Assembly (NCBI GenBank): GCA_016794305.1
Contig: JAEUKN010000003.1
Span: 6,707-70,706 of the forward strand
Source of the DNA: Alphaproteobacteria bacterium
GTDB lineage: Bacteria > Pseudomonadota > Alphaproteobacteria > Micavibrionales > Micavibrionaceae
Length of the DNA: 64,000 bases
Reading direction: 5' to 3'
The position numbers were made by a program, and so were the translations under genes. The notes under the pieces are model-generated. The model had not been told where the DNA came from. It searched no databases and was given only the letters and a program-made list of their open reading frames with translations. Positions within the stretch are counted from its first letter, which is position 1; each line of letters begins with the position of its first letter. Shown one piece after another: positions 46,801 through 54,133 of the stretch.

Positions 46801-49800
46801 ATGCAAATAGTGTGACACTCGCAAAAAACACAGCATCAGATTCCTCGGCTGATAGTTTTATGGTCTCGGTGAATGGTCATCGTATTGCGTTAGGTGTGCC
46901 GTATGATGATGGTTACGGTGATATTTTGGGTGATTCCGGGGCAGTATATCTCTATAGCTTTGCCAGCGATGCCTATGATGGGGCTATTTTGGAAGGGATT
47001 ATTGGTGCTGGTTATGTAGGGCCAAAAAATATCAATATGAGTGCGTATTTAGATAAGTCAGACTTATTTGGATCCTCTGTCTCCCTTGAGGGGAATAGGT
47101 TGGCAGTAGGAGCAAAACAGGACGATGCTTCTGGGAATACAGCATCAAATTCTGGAGCAGTCTATCTTTTCAGTTTTACCGATTCGGTTTTTAGCGGCGG
47201 AGTATTGGAATCACGGCTAGGAAGGAATTACGCCACGGGTAAGAATCTCTCTATCTCTAACATAGGAGGTGGAGATTTCTTTGGGTCTACTGTCTCACTG
47301 GATGGCAATCGCTTAGCCGTTGGTGCCAGTCGTGATGCGGGAAATGCAAATGCTGTTAATGCATCAGGAGCTGTATATTTATTTACCTTCAGTGACTCTG
47401 CATTCTCTACGCCCACCCTAAAAGGTATAATTGGTTATGGCTATTCAAATGCCACTCTCACCGGGAGCTATAATCTATCACAGTTAGGAGCAACTGATCT
47501 TTTTGGCGAATATGGGCTATCATTAGATGGAAACCGTTTGGTTGTGGGGGCGGTCCAGGGGGATGGGTATCTTGATGCGGCTGTTAATAGTGGAGATGTT
47601 TATCTCTTCACATTTTCTGATTCGATCTTCTCTTCGACAACACTGAAAGGTACAATGGGTTATGGATATAGCGGTGCAAACGATATTAATATGAGTGGCT
47701 ATTTAGAGGCTAATGACCGCTTGGCAGGTGTTGCATTAGAGGGTTCGGTTCTGGCACTGGGATCCAGCCGCGATGACGGGTATAACGCTAACTCCGCCAC
47801 AATTACGACTGATAATGGTGCTGTGTTCGTTTACAATTTCGACGATCTTGCCTTCAATAATGGACGATTAGATTTCACAATCGGGAAGGGATTTACGGGC
47901 GGTAAAAACATTGATACGAGTTCTATCGCCAATGATAGCGATTATTACGGATCGAGTATTTCACTAGACCAAGGCACTTTGGTGGCCGGGATATCCAGTT
48001 ACAATGGCTATGGCTCGCGATATGCTAATTCCGGTGGGGCCTTTATTTATCGTGGAAATGCCTATGATCCCGCATCGGGGATGACATTCTCGAATATTAA
48101 TTCTACGACAGTTGGGATCACGCCCAGTGCTTTGGCTGCATTACTCTCTACTCCGCAAAACGTTGTGCTTCAGGCCAATAATGATATTCGGATTGATGAT
48201 GTGTTGACCGTTAATAATGCTTCTGGAAATGGTGGAAACTTAACCTTACAGGCTGGGCGCAGTATTTTGATTAATGCGAATGTGACAACTGATAATGGTG
48301 ATCTGACCCTCTATGCGAACGAAGACTTGGCCACCGGGGTTGTCAATGCGCAGCGTGATGCCGGGTCTGCCGTGATTACGATGGCGAATGGCACAACCAT
48401 TAACGCCGGCACTGGAAATGTGGTGATTAGATTAGAGGATGGCACGGGTAAAACGAATAAGGATAGCGGCTTTGTTACCCTGAACAATATTACCGCTGGA
48501 ACTATTTTCTCGGAAAATATTGATCAAACATCCAGCCTGGTTTTGAATGGTGTGCTAACGGCCAGTGGGGCGGGAACACCTTTGACGCTTGTGGCGGGCA
48601 AGGATTTTATTAACAACTATGGGGCCGGCGCACTGGTTACGCCTGCCGGTCGTTGGCTCATTTACTCCGATCACCCAACTCTGGACACGCTGAATGGATT
48701 AATTGCTGATTTTGAACTCAGAAGTTGTACTTATGGCTCTGGATGCGTACTTGGAACCGGCAATGGGCATTTATATGAATATGGGATGAAAATTATTCGC
48801 GTGAGCGTTAATCTTGAGCGTTATTACGGTGACCCCAACGTGGATAATGCAACTCTGCAATCATTGTTGGTCTATACCGGATTTGAAACAGGGGATAGCG
48901 TAAGTGATTTGGAGGTTCTGCCCACCGCCACAATCTCGGCCACGGCTACTGCCACGGCGGCGGCAGGGACAACCCATCTGATTAATATAGTAGGTGGGCA
49001 TGATACAAAATATGAGCAATATTTGGTGGATCCAAGCTATTTGACCATTCTTAAAAAACCGGTGACCGCGACATGGGTGGCTCCGCTCAGCAAGACTTAT
49101 GGGTCGGCGAATCCTGTGAGCACCTACTCGAATTTTACATTCTCCGGTTTTGCCAATAGTCAAACAGCAGCCGGTGTTAACCCCACGATCGTCATGGATT
49201 ATGGAACTGTGGGAACAAATACAGGGGTCGGCACCTATGCTGCGAATGTGACCTTTACCAGTGCCAATTATGATATTACCGCTTCGCCAACCACCCTCAC
49301 CATTACCCCGAAAAATATCACTGCCAGTTGGGTTGCCCCGCTATCTCGCATCTACGGAGATTCTAATCCAGGGGTCACCACATCTAACTTCACCTATAGC
49401 GGGCTTATTTCGGGCGATACAGGCGCAGCCGTTTCAGCCGCTGCAGATTTCGGCAGCATTACCTCCTCTACAAATGTTGGATCTTACAATGTTGGAGCAA
49501 GTTTTACTTCTGCCAATTATACTGTAACCAATGCCCCAACCACGACACTGACGATCAATAAACGCAATATTACAGCTAGCGTCGATAACGCCTCACGCGC
49601 CTACGGAGATACCAATCCTAGCTTCACGTGGGCGGATGTGACGTGGAGCAATTTAGCAAACGGCGAAGACGGCTCCGTTATTGATTCCCTTACATTCTCC
49701 AGCCCCACCGCAACCGCCACCAGCAATGCGGGAACAACGCACGCATTGAGTATCAGCGGACTGAGTGATAATAACTATAACCTCACAAGCTCAACAGCAG

Positions 49801-51617
49801 GCACCTTAACCATCGGTAAGCGTGATATTACAGCGAGCGTTAATAATGCTTCACGCGCCTACGGAGATGCCAACCCCGTCTTTACATGGGCGGATGTGAC
49901 GTGGAGCAATCTGGCCAATAGTGAGAGCGGATCAGTGTTGGATGCTCTCACTCTTTCTGCTCCAACGGCAACTGCCACTAGCAATGCGGGTACGACTCAT
50001 GCGATTAGCCTCAGCGGATTTAGTGATAATAACTATAACCTTACAGGCTCAACGGCTGGCACCTTGACGATTGGCAAACGCGATATTACGGCCACGGTGA
50101 ATAATGCGTCACGGGCTTACGGAGATACCAACCCTAATCCCACATGGTCGGATGTCACTTGGAATAATCTGGCCAATAGTGAGAATGGATCCGTTATTGA
50201 TATATTTACGCTGTTGGCCCCAACCGCGACCGCCACTAGCAATGCGGGGACAACGCATGCGATTAGCTTAAGCGGCTTTAGCGATAATAACTATAACCTT
50301 ACCGGTTCAACGGACGGAACATTGACCATTGACAAACGCAATATTACGGCCACGGTGAACAATACCTCACGCGCCTACGGAGATGCCAATCCTAGCCTTA
50401 CTTGGGCGAATGTGACGTGGAGCAATCTAGCCAATAGTGAGAGCGGATCGGTGTTGGATGCACTCACACTCTCCAGCCCTACAGCCACGGCGACCAGCAA
50501 TGCGGGCACGACGCACGCGATTAGCCTCAGCGGCTTTAGTGATAATAACTATAACCTCACAAGCTCAACCGCGGGAACATTGACGATCAACAAACGCGAT
50601 ATTACGGCCACGGTGAATAATGCCTCACGAGTCTATGGAGATTCCAACCCTGTCTTTACGTGGGCGGATGTGACGTGGAGCAATTTGGCCAATAGTGAGA
50701 GCGGATCAGTGTTGGATGCTCTCACTCTTTCTGCTTCAACGGCAACTGCCACTAGCAATGCGGGTACTACTCATGCGATTAGCTTAAGCGGATTTAGTGA
50801 TAATAACTATAACCTTACCGGTTCAACGGACGGAACATTGACCATTGACAAACGCGATATTACGGCCACGGTGAATAATGCCTCACGCGCCTACGGAGAT
50901 GCCAACCCGAGCTTGACATGGGCGAATGTGACATGGAGCAATTTGGCCAATGGACAAAATGGATCGGTAATTGACTCACTTACCTTTGCTGCTCCAACGG
51001 CAACTGCCACCAGCAATGCGGGCACCACCCACGCGATCAGTTTAAGCGGCTTTAGTGATAATAATTATAACCTCACCGGGTCAACGGACGGAACATTGAC
51101 GATTAACCAAGCTGCTCTCACCATTCGCGCAAATGATTATACGCTATATGTGAATGACCCATACCCTAGTTTTGGTTATCAAATTTTGGGCAATTTCAAA
51201 AATGGCGAAAATCAAACAATTTTCCTCACTCCGGTTCAGGTCAACGCGCCATCCGCAACGGTTTCAGGAAGTTATGCCATTACGCCGTCCGGAGCCACGG
51301 CATTAAATTATGACCTTAATTTTGTGAATGGGACGCTCACTTTGCTTGATCCTACCAGCGTACCTCCTACGCCACCGCCCACTTCATTTGATTTTTCAAA
51401 TCTTGATGGTTTAACCCGTACGATTGCAGACCCTGAACTTCCGGCTGGTTTTTCAGTAGAATGGCAGGGACTTATAGATCGTCAAGGGCTGGAAATTCCT
51501 TCTGACCTCATCAATATTTTCTATTCTTTCCCTGAAGATGACGAAAATTCGTCCTCAACCATTCTTGTCATTCCTCCTAAGGCAAAATCCGCGGCGCAAC
51601 ATAATTTGGCACTGTAA
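43836..51617 (+). CDS. giant two-partner-secretion (TpsA/filamentous-haemagglutinin-type) exoprotein: TPS domain, FG-GAP-like repeats, beta-helix, MBG repeats
   Basis: 2593 aa (GTG at 43836; alternative ATG at 43845). Signal peptide ...GPAVAAP. TPS domain motifs are GIIDWRGFDVG, TLNRV and ILVNPNGVFFGG. These are followed by ~12 blades of the form FGxSVSLDGNRLAVG...NSGAVYLFSF, a beta-helix-like segment (NLTLQAGRSILINANVTTDNGDLTLYA) and 10 MBG-type domains (...YGDxNP...NYN...GTLTI). Confidence 0.9.
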   Translation: MYRMGRKSRVNYLRTTALSALICLGVGLNSGVGPAVAAPQDGVVVGGSATITYTGPKTDIHQSTQRGIIDWRGFDVGTSETVEFHQPNSTATTLNRVNAANPSQINGQIKANGNVILVNPNGVFFGGSSRVDVNSLVVTSADIANTDFMSGLDQFSIPGSPDAKIINEGVITAKEGGLVGLVAPQIENSGLIEAKLGKVQAVSGDTFTLDLYGDGLISVAAVGDLNTQLVKNNASGVIRADGGVIVLSAAAARNNINNLVNNEGLIEARTISTRKGKIILGGAETRMVQNTGKIYATGSAVEDGGDIEIAAKFVGLGGEVRADGQNGGTIQIKATTLSLADQISAKGLNGHGGTITLDYNDMWETSTSYLNVDGATNGGKILSIGLDNMVSSGHYSALGLGGKGGQIDITSPGIRMLSTEVSASGKTAGGLIRIGGEYQGGKGLPEDQLPNAQIVTLDRGTRIKADGEDDIAEGGTVIIWSDMDTMMLGTISAIPGKIAGTGGFVEVSSGDVLTYGGDIQTGNGTGSNTRPGTILFDPKNIVIASSTFNPTAIIMGRGHSSPNVDLPNLNNGGAAFGTTVSLDGNRIAVGIIEDNGADDSTGRAGAVYLYSFTNSTFSGGVLEGIIGYGYVGPKSINASQLGANDQFGRSVSLNGNRLAVGANGDDGNNNSVTDSGGVYLYSFSDSSFNGGALQGRIGTGYSGTRDYNMTGVLGNSDAFGYAVSLDGTQLAVGSWGGDGYNNAVTNSGDVYLFSFSDMNFSSGVLQARIGHNYTGPKDINVQLDTSDSFGTALSLDANRLVVAARSGDGFNNTTTNSGEVYLFSFSDSTFSGGVLQGRMGKGYTGTKDVNLSLDATDAFGYGVSLDGNRLAIGSYQDDGNANSVGNSGAVYLYTFTDSVFSGAILQGIIGNNYGILGGKNLSRPNESAGSDQLGTAVSLDGNRLIVGAAGDDGPNNENTNQGAIHFYTFTDSSFGGGAYAGSLGNYYTNANSVTLAKNTASDSSADSFMVSVNGHRIALGVPYDDGYGDILGDSGAVYLYSFASDAYDGAILEGIIGAGYVGPKNINMSAYLDKSDLFGSSVSLEGNRLAVGAKQDDASGNTASNSGAVYLFSFTDSVFSGGVLESRLGRNYATGKNLSISNIGGGDFFGSTVSLDGNRLAVGASRDAGNANAVNASGAVYLFTFSDSAFSTPTLKGIIGYGYSNATLTGSYNLSQLGATDLFGEYGLSLDGNRLVVGAVQGDGYLDAAVNSGDVYLFTFSDSIFSSTTLKGTMGYGYSGANDINMSGYLEANDRLAGVALEGSVLALGSSRDDGYNANSATITTDNGAVFVYNFDDLAFNNGRLDFTIGKGFTGGKNIDTSSIANDSDYYGSSISLDQGTLVAGISSYNGYGSRYANSGGAFIYRGNAYDPASGMTFSNINSTTVGITPSALAALLSTPQNVVLQANNDIRIDDVLTVNNASGNGGNLTLQAGRSILINANVTTDNGDLTLYANEDLATGVVNAQRDAGSAVITMANGTTINAGTGNVVIRLEDGTGKTNKDSGFVTLNNITAGTIFSENIDQTSSLVLNGVLTASGAGTPLTLVAGKDFINNYGAGALVTPAGRWLIYSDHPTLDTLNGLIADFELRSCTYGSGCVLGTGNGHLYEYGMKIIRVSVNLERYYGDPNVDNATLQSLLVYTGFETGDSVSDLEVLPTATISATATATAAAGTTHLINIVGGHDTKYEQYLVDPSYLTILKKPVTATWVAPLSKTYGSANPVSTYSNFTFSGFANSQTAAGVNPTIVMDYGTVGTNTGVGTYAANVTFTSANYDITASPTTLTITPKNITASWVAPLSRIYGDSNPGVTTSNFTYSGLISGDTGAAVSAAADFGSITSSTNVGSYNVGASFTSANYTVTNAPTTTLTINKRNITASVDNASRAYGDTNPSFTWADVTWSNLANGEDGSVIDSLTFSSPTATATSNAGTTHALSISGLSDNNYNLTSSTAGTLTIGKRDITASVNNASRAYGDANPVFTWADVTWSNLANSESGSVLDALTLSAPTATATSNAGTTHAISLSGFSDNNYNLTGSTAGTLTIGKRDITATVNNASRAYGDTNPNPTWSDVTWNNLANSENGSVIDIFTLLAPTATATSNAGTTHAISLSGFSDNNYNLTGSTDGTLTIDKRNITATVNNTSRAYGDANPSLTWANVTWSNLANSESGSVLDALTLSSPTATATSNAGTTHAISLSGFSDNNYNLTSSTAGTLTINKRDITATVNNASRVYGDSNPVFTWADVTWSNLANSESGSVLDALTLSASTATATSNAGTTHAISLSGFSDNNYNLTGSTDGTLTIDKRDITATVNNASRAYGDANPSLTWANVTWSNLANGQNGSVIDSLTFAAPTATATSNAGTTHAISLSGFSDNNYNLTGSTDGTLTINQAALTIRANDYTLYVNDPYPSFGYQILGNFKNGENQTIFLTPVQVNAPSATVSGSYAITPSGATALNYDLNFVNGTLTLLDPTSVPPTPPPTSFDFSNLDGLTRTIADPELPAGFSVEWQGLIDRQGLEIPSDLINIFYSFPEDDENSSSTILVIPPKAKSAAQHNLAL
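45550..48055 (+). repeat. intragenic array of ~12 divergent FG-GAP-like repeats (~62-68 aa each); boundaries approximate
   Basis: Counted by the core motifs VSLDGNRIAVG, VSLNGNRLAVG, VSLDGTQLAVG, LSLDANRLVVA, VSLDGNRLAIG, VSLDGNRLIVG, VSVNGHRIALG, VSLEGNRLAVG, VSLDGNRLAVG, LSLDGNRLVVG, VALEGSVLALG and ISLDQGTLVAG. Each is followed by a GAVYL(F/Y)-type strand. Confidence 0.75.
49563..51110 (+). repeat. six tandem 258-bp (86-aa) near-identical MBG-domain repeats
   Basis: The anchor cg(c/t)(a/g)atattac recurs at 49563, 49821, 50079, 50337, 50595 and 50853, an exact 258-bp period. Units read KR(D/N)ITA(S/T)V(D/N)N(A/T)SR(A/V)YGD(A/T/S)NP...TATATSNAGTTHA(I/L)S(L/I)SG(F/L)SDNNYNLT(G/S)ST(A/D)GTLTI. 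Confidence 0.95.
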
Positions 51618-51725
51618 ATATTTTTTGGCTGAAATTAAAATATTTTTAACGAAACCGACGGTAGTATCACCCTATCTGAGTTGCTTGCTGACTCAGATAG
51701 TGGGCTAGTTTATGGTCCTTGCCGC

Positions 51726-51874
51726 TAAGAACCTGTTCATAATCTCTACTCTGGCGTTGGCTTTTCACGGTATTTCTGCGCTTCCGCTTCTCACGTACAT
51801 CTATGTACGATCCGATGCGGTTTTTGAGCAACCGCAAAAATCCTGTGCCATAGCGAGATTATGATCAGGCTCTA
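51726..51874 (+). mobile_element. MITE copy B
   Basis: TAAGAACCTGTTCATAATCTC ... GAGATTATGATCAGGCTCTA. Same internal sequence as copy A. Confidence 0.85.
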
Positions 51875-51967
51875 AGGCCGGAGTATCATTTCGAATTTTA
51901 GTAGTAGTTATATCTTTCTTAAAATCAATCAGTTATCGTAAATTATAACATATCAAAAGGATGTCAT

Positions 51968-52519
51968 TTGCCTATTCAGAAGATCGACTTCAGAGCCTTT
52001 AAAAAATATTTCGCCCCGCATGCGGCGGCGGATTTTAATCTGTTTTTGGAAAAATTGCCGGTGAATGTTGGTAAGCCGGCATTGATTGCGGCGGGCATGA
52101 GTTGGTTTATGGTTGTCTGTCTCGGCTTATTCTGTGTTATGCAGATGAAAAGCCTGACGGATCTACGTTTAGAGGCAAGTAAACAAGACGCCATTAAGCC
52201 CATGATTCCGGTGGTTAAATTAGAGGCCGTTGACCAGAAGTCGGTAAAATCCTTGGTTGATGATATGAAGACAGTCTATCCCGACCTTACATTTTCCCTA
52301 GCCAGCGGCAATTTACTCATCCAATCCAAATCAACCGCAAATTATAGTGAGTTTCGTGAGGCTCTGGGGCATATTGTGAATGCCGGGGCGGGATGGAAAA
52401 TCAGCGTTGATAGTTTATGCGTGGGGCGTGAGTGCAAACAAAACGCATTGGATGCAAAATTAAAAATTCAGAAACTCAAGATTGACAAATTCAACTCATC
52501 GGCTACGATGACAAAATGA
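51968..52519 (+). CDS. hypothetical bitopic membrane protein (possible PilO/GspM-like topology)
   Basis: TTG start 6 nt after AAGGA. About 37 cytoplasmic residues, one TM (ALIAAGMSWFMVVCLGLFCVMQM), then a ~120-aa periplasmic domain. The stop overlaps the next frame (ATGA at 52516-52519). Confidence 0.55.
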   Translation: MPIQKIDFRAFKKYFAPHAAADFNLFLEKLPVNVGKPALIAAGMSWFMVVCLGLFCVMQMKSLTDLRLEASKQDAIKPMIPVVKLEAVDQKSVKSLVDDMKTVYPDLTFSLASGNLLIQSKSTANYSEFREALGHIVNAGAGWKISVDSLCVGRECKQNALDAKLKIQKLKIDKFNSSATMTK

Positions 52520-52539
52520 TTCAAAGTGGGAGAAAAAAC

Positions 52540-53283
52540 ATGACAATCACAACAACTCATCATCAATCGCAACAGGGCAGAACCGGCGAGACCGGAAACG
52601 TGCTGTTCCTCATCCTCATAGCTGTGGCGTTATTTGCGGCGCTTTCTTATGCCGTGACCCAATCTACACGATCGGGGGGAGGGGACGCCAATAACGAAAC
52701 CAACCTTGTGAACTCGGCGCAGATCACGCAATACCCTGCCGGGATTAAAACCTCCATTACCCGCATGATCGTTAGTAATGGTGTGACGGCGGAGGAATTG
52801 GAGTTTAATGCTCCGGCGGCGTTTTCTAGCTTGACAAGTAACAATGTTGGTGTCTTCCACCCTAGTGGCGGCGGTGCGACATACGCCTTTGCCCCTGACA
52901 GCGTAGTTGATACGACGATCAACGCGACGAAAGCTTGGGTGTTTAACACTGAAAATGAAGTTCAAAATATTGGCCAGACGGATGCGACCGCGCCAACCCA
53001 TGACACGGCCGATACAATTGCATTTCTGCCGGGTGTTAAGTTGGCGATTTGTCAAAAAATCCATGCGCAACTTGGCTTGGCAACGACTTTTTCCACCGAT
53101 GAGACCGGGATTAACTACACCACGCAGCAGACGGATGCTGTGGGGACAGCCACTGACCACATCTTAACCAACGCGACGAACGGGACGATTGGGGCTTTGG
53201 CGACTGAACTGGTGGGCCAACCTCAGGGATGCTTCAAGGATGGCACAACCTATGTTTATTACCATGTTTTGATTGAAAGATAA
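52540..53283 (+). CDS. hypothetical protein with a prepilin-like N-terminus (short polar leader ending in Gly plus a 20-residue hydrophobic helix)
   Basis: ATG at 52540 preceded by GGGAG at a 7-nt spacing (alternative ATG at 52516). MTITTTHHQSQQGRTGETG/NVLFLILIAVALFAALSYAVTQS, then a Thr/Ala/Gly-rich ~215-aa domain. No Glu at +5. Confidence 0.55.
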   Translation: MTITTTHHQSQQGRTGETGNVLFLILIAVALFAALSYAVTQSTRSGGGDANNETNLVNSAQITQYPAGIKTSITRMIVSNGVTAEELEFNAPAAFSSLTSNNVGVFHPSGGGATYAFAPDSVVDTTINATKAWVFNTENEVQNIGQTDATAPTHDTADTIAFLPGVKLAICQKIHAQLGLATTFSTDETGINYTTQQTDAVGTATDHILTNATNGTIGALATELVGQPQGCFKDGTTYVYYHVLIER

Positions 53284-53398
53284 TTCTGTATGACTTTGTC
53301 AGCTCATGATTTGTCAGGTCATGAATAGGGTCTCGAAAGCCGGTGAGGGTTCGAATATATTTGGAATGCTGAACCCCTAGACGTTGTCACTTCGCTCC

Positions 53399-53547
53399 TT
53401 AGAACCTGTTCATGATCTCTACTCTGGCGTTGGCTTTTTACGGTATTTCTGCGCTTCCTTGTCCAAGTACATCTATGTACGATCCGATGCGGTTTTTGAG
53501 CAACCGCAAAAATCCTGTGCCATAGCGAGATTATGAACAGGTTCTTA
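53399..53547 (+). mobile_element. MITE copy C
   Basis: TTAGAACCTGTTCATGATCTC ... GAGATTATGAACAGGTTCTTA. Confidence 0.85.
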
Positions 53548-53653
53548 CGTAGTCTCCCTACGCTGCGTCGCTTGGGCCGTCACCAGCGATTCAGTCTTCC
53601 AAGTATAAAACCAATCCCTCAACAAAATAATCACTTCATGAAGAGTGAATCAA

Positions 53654-54133
53654 TCAGTTGCAGGACCCTCCGGAATTATCGACATAGTCGTTCCAGAATC
53701 GTTTGATCACATTGGCGGTTTCAGTGAATTCGTCGGCAGAGATTGGTTTTTGTAGATATTTCTCTGCCCCAATCGAAAAACAATAACGTATATCATTGTC
53801 ATTATTGGAGGTGGACAGGATGATTACCGGGATTTCACGCAAACCGGGTGATGATTTGATAATGGATAAGACCTCGCGCCCGTCTGTGCCGGGCAGGTTA
53901 AGGTCAAGTAGAATCAAGCCGGGCTTTTGAATTTTTTTCTCAATGTCCAGAGTTGCGTTTAAATGCGCAACGGCGGCATCACCATCTGTGCAATGATGGA
54001 TTTTTGGCATAAATTTCACGCGGCGGAACGCGCGGGAGAGAATTTCAAAATCGACTTCACTATCCTCTACCACCAGCACATAATCTTGCGATGATTGCGC
54101 GGCATCCGATTGATCGTTGGAATTATCCGGCAT
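53654..54133 (-). CDS. single-domain CheY-like response regulator (Rcp1-like)
   Basis: Start set at the ATG at 54133 (MPDNSNDQ...), overlapping the kinase stop by 11 nt. VLVVEDSEVDFEIL, LILLDLNLPGTDG, ILSTS and YLQKP. Confidence 0.85.
   Translation of the reverse strand: MPDNSNDQSDAAQSSQDYVLVVEDSEVDFEILSRAFRRVKFMPKIHHCTDGDAAVAHLNATLDIEKKIQKPGLILLDLNLPGTDGREVLSIIKSSPGLREIPVIILSTSNNDNDIRYCFSIGAEKYLQKPISADEFTETANVIKRFWNDYVDNSGGSCN

Noticed and set aside
49563-51110. Diversity-generating retroelement (template/variable repeat) explanation for the variant MBG repeats
   Set aside because: There is no reverse transcriptase or accessory gene anywhere in the window. The differences are not restricted to adenine-templated positions and look like block exchange between units.
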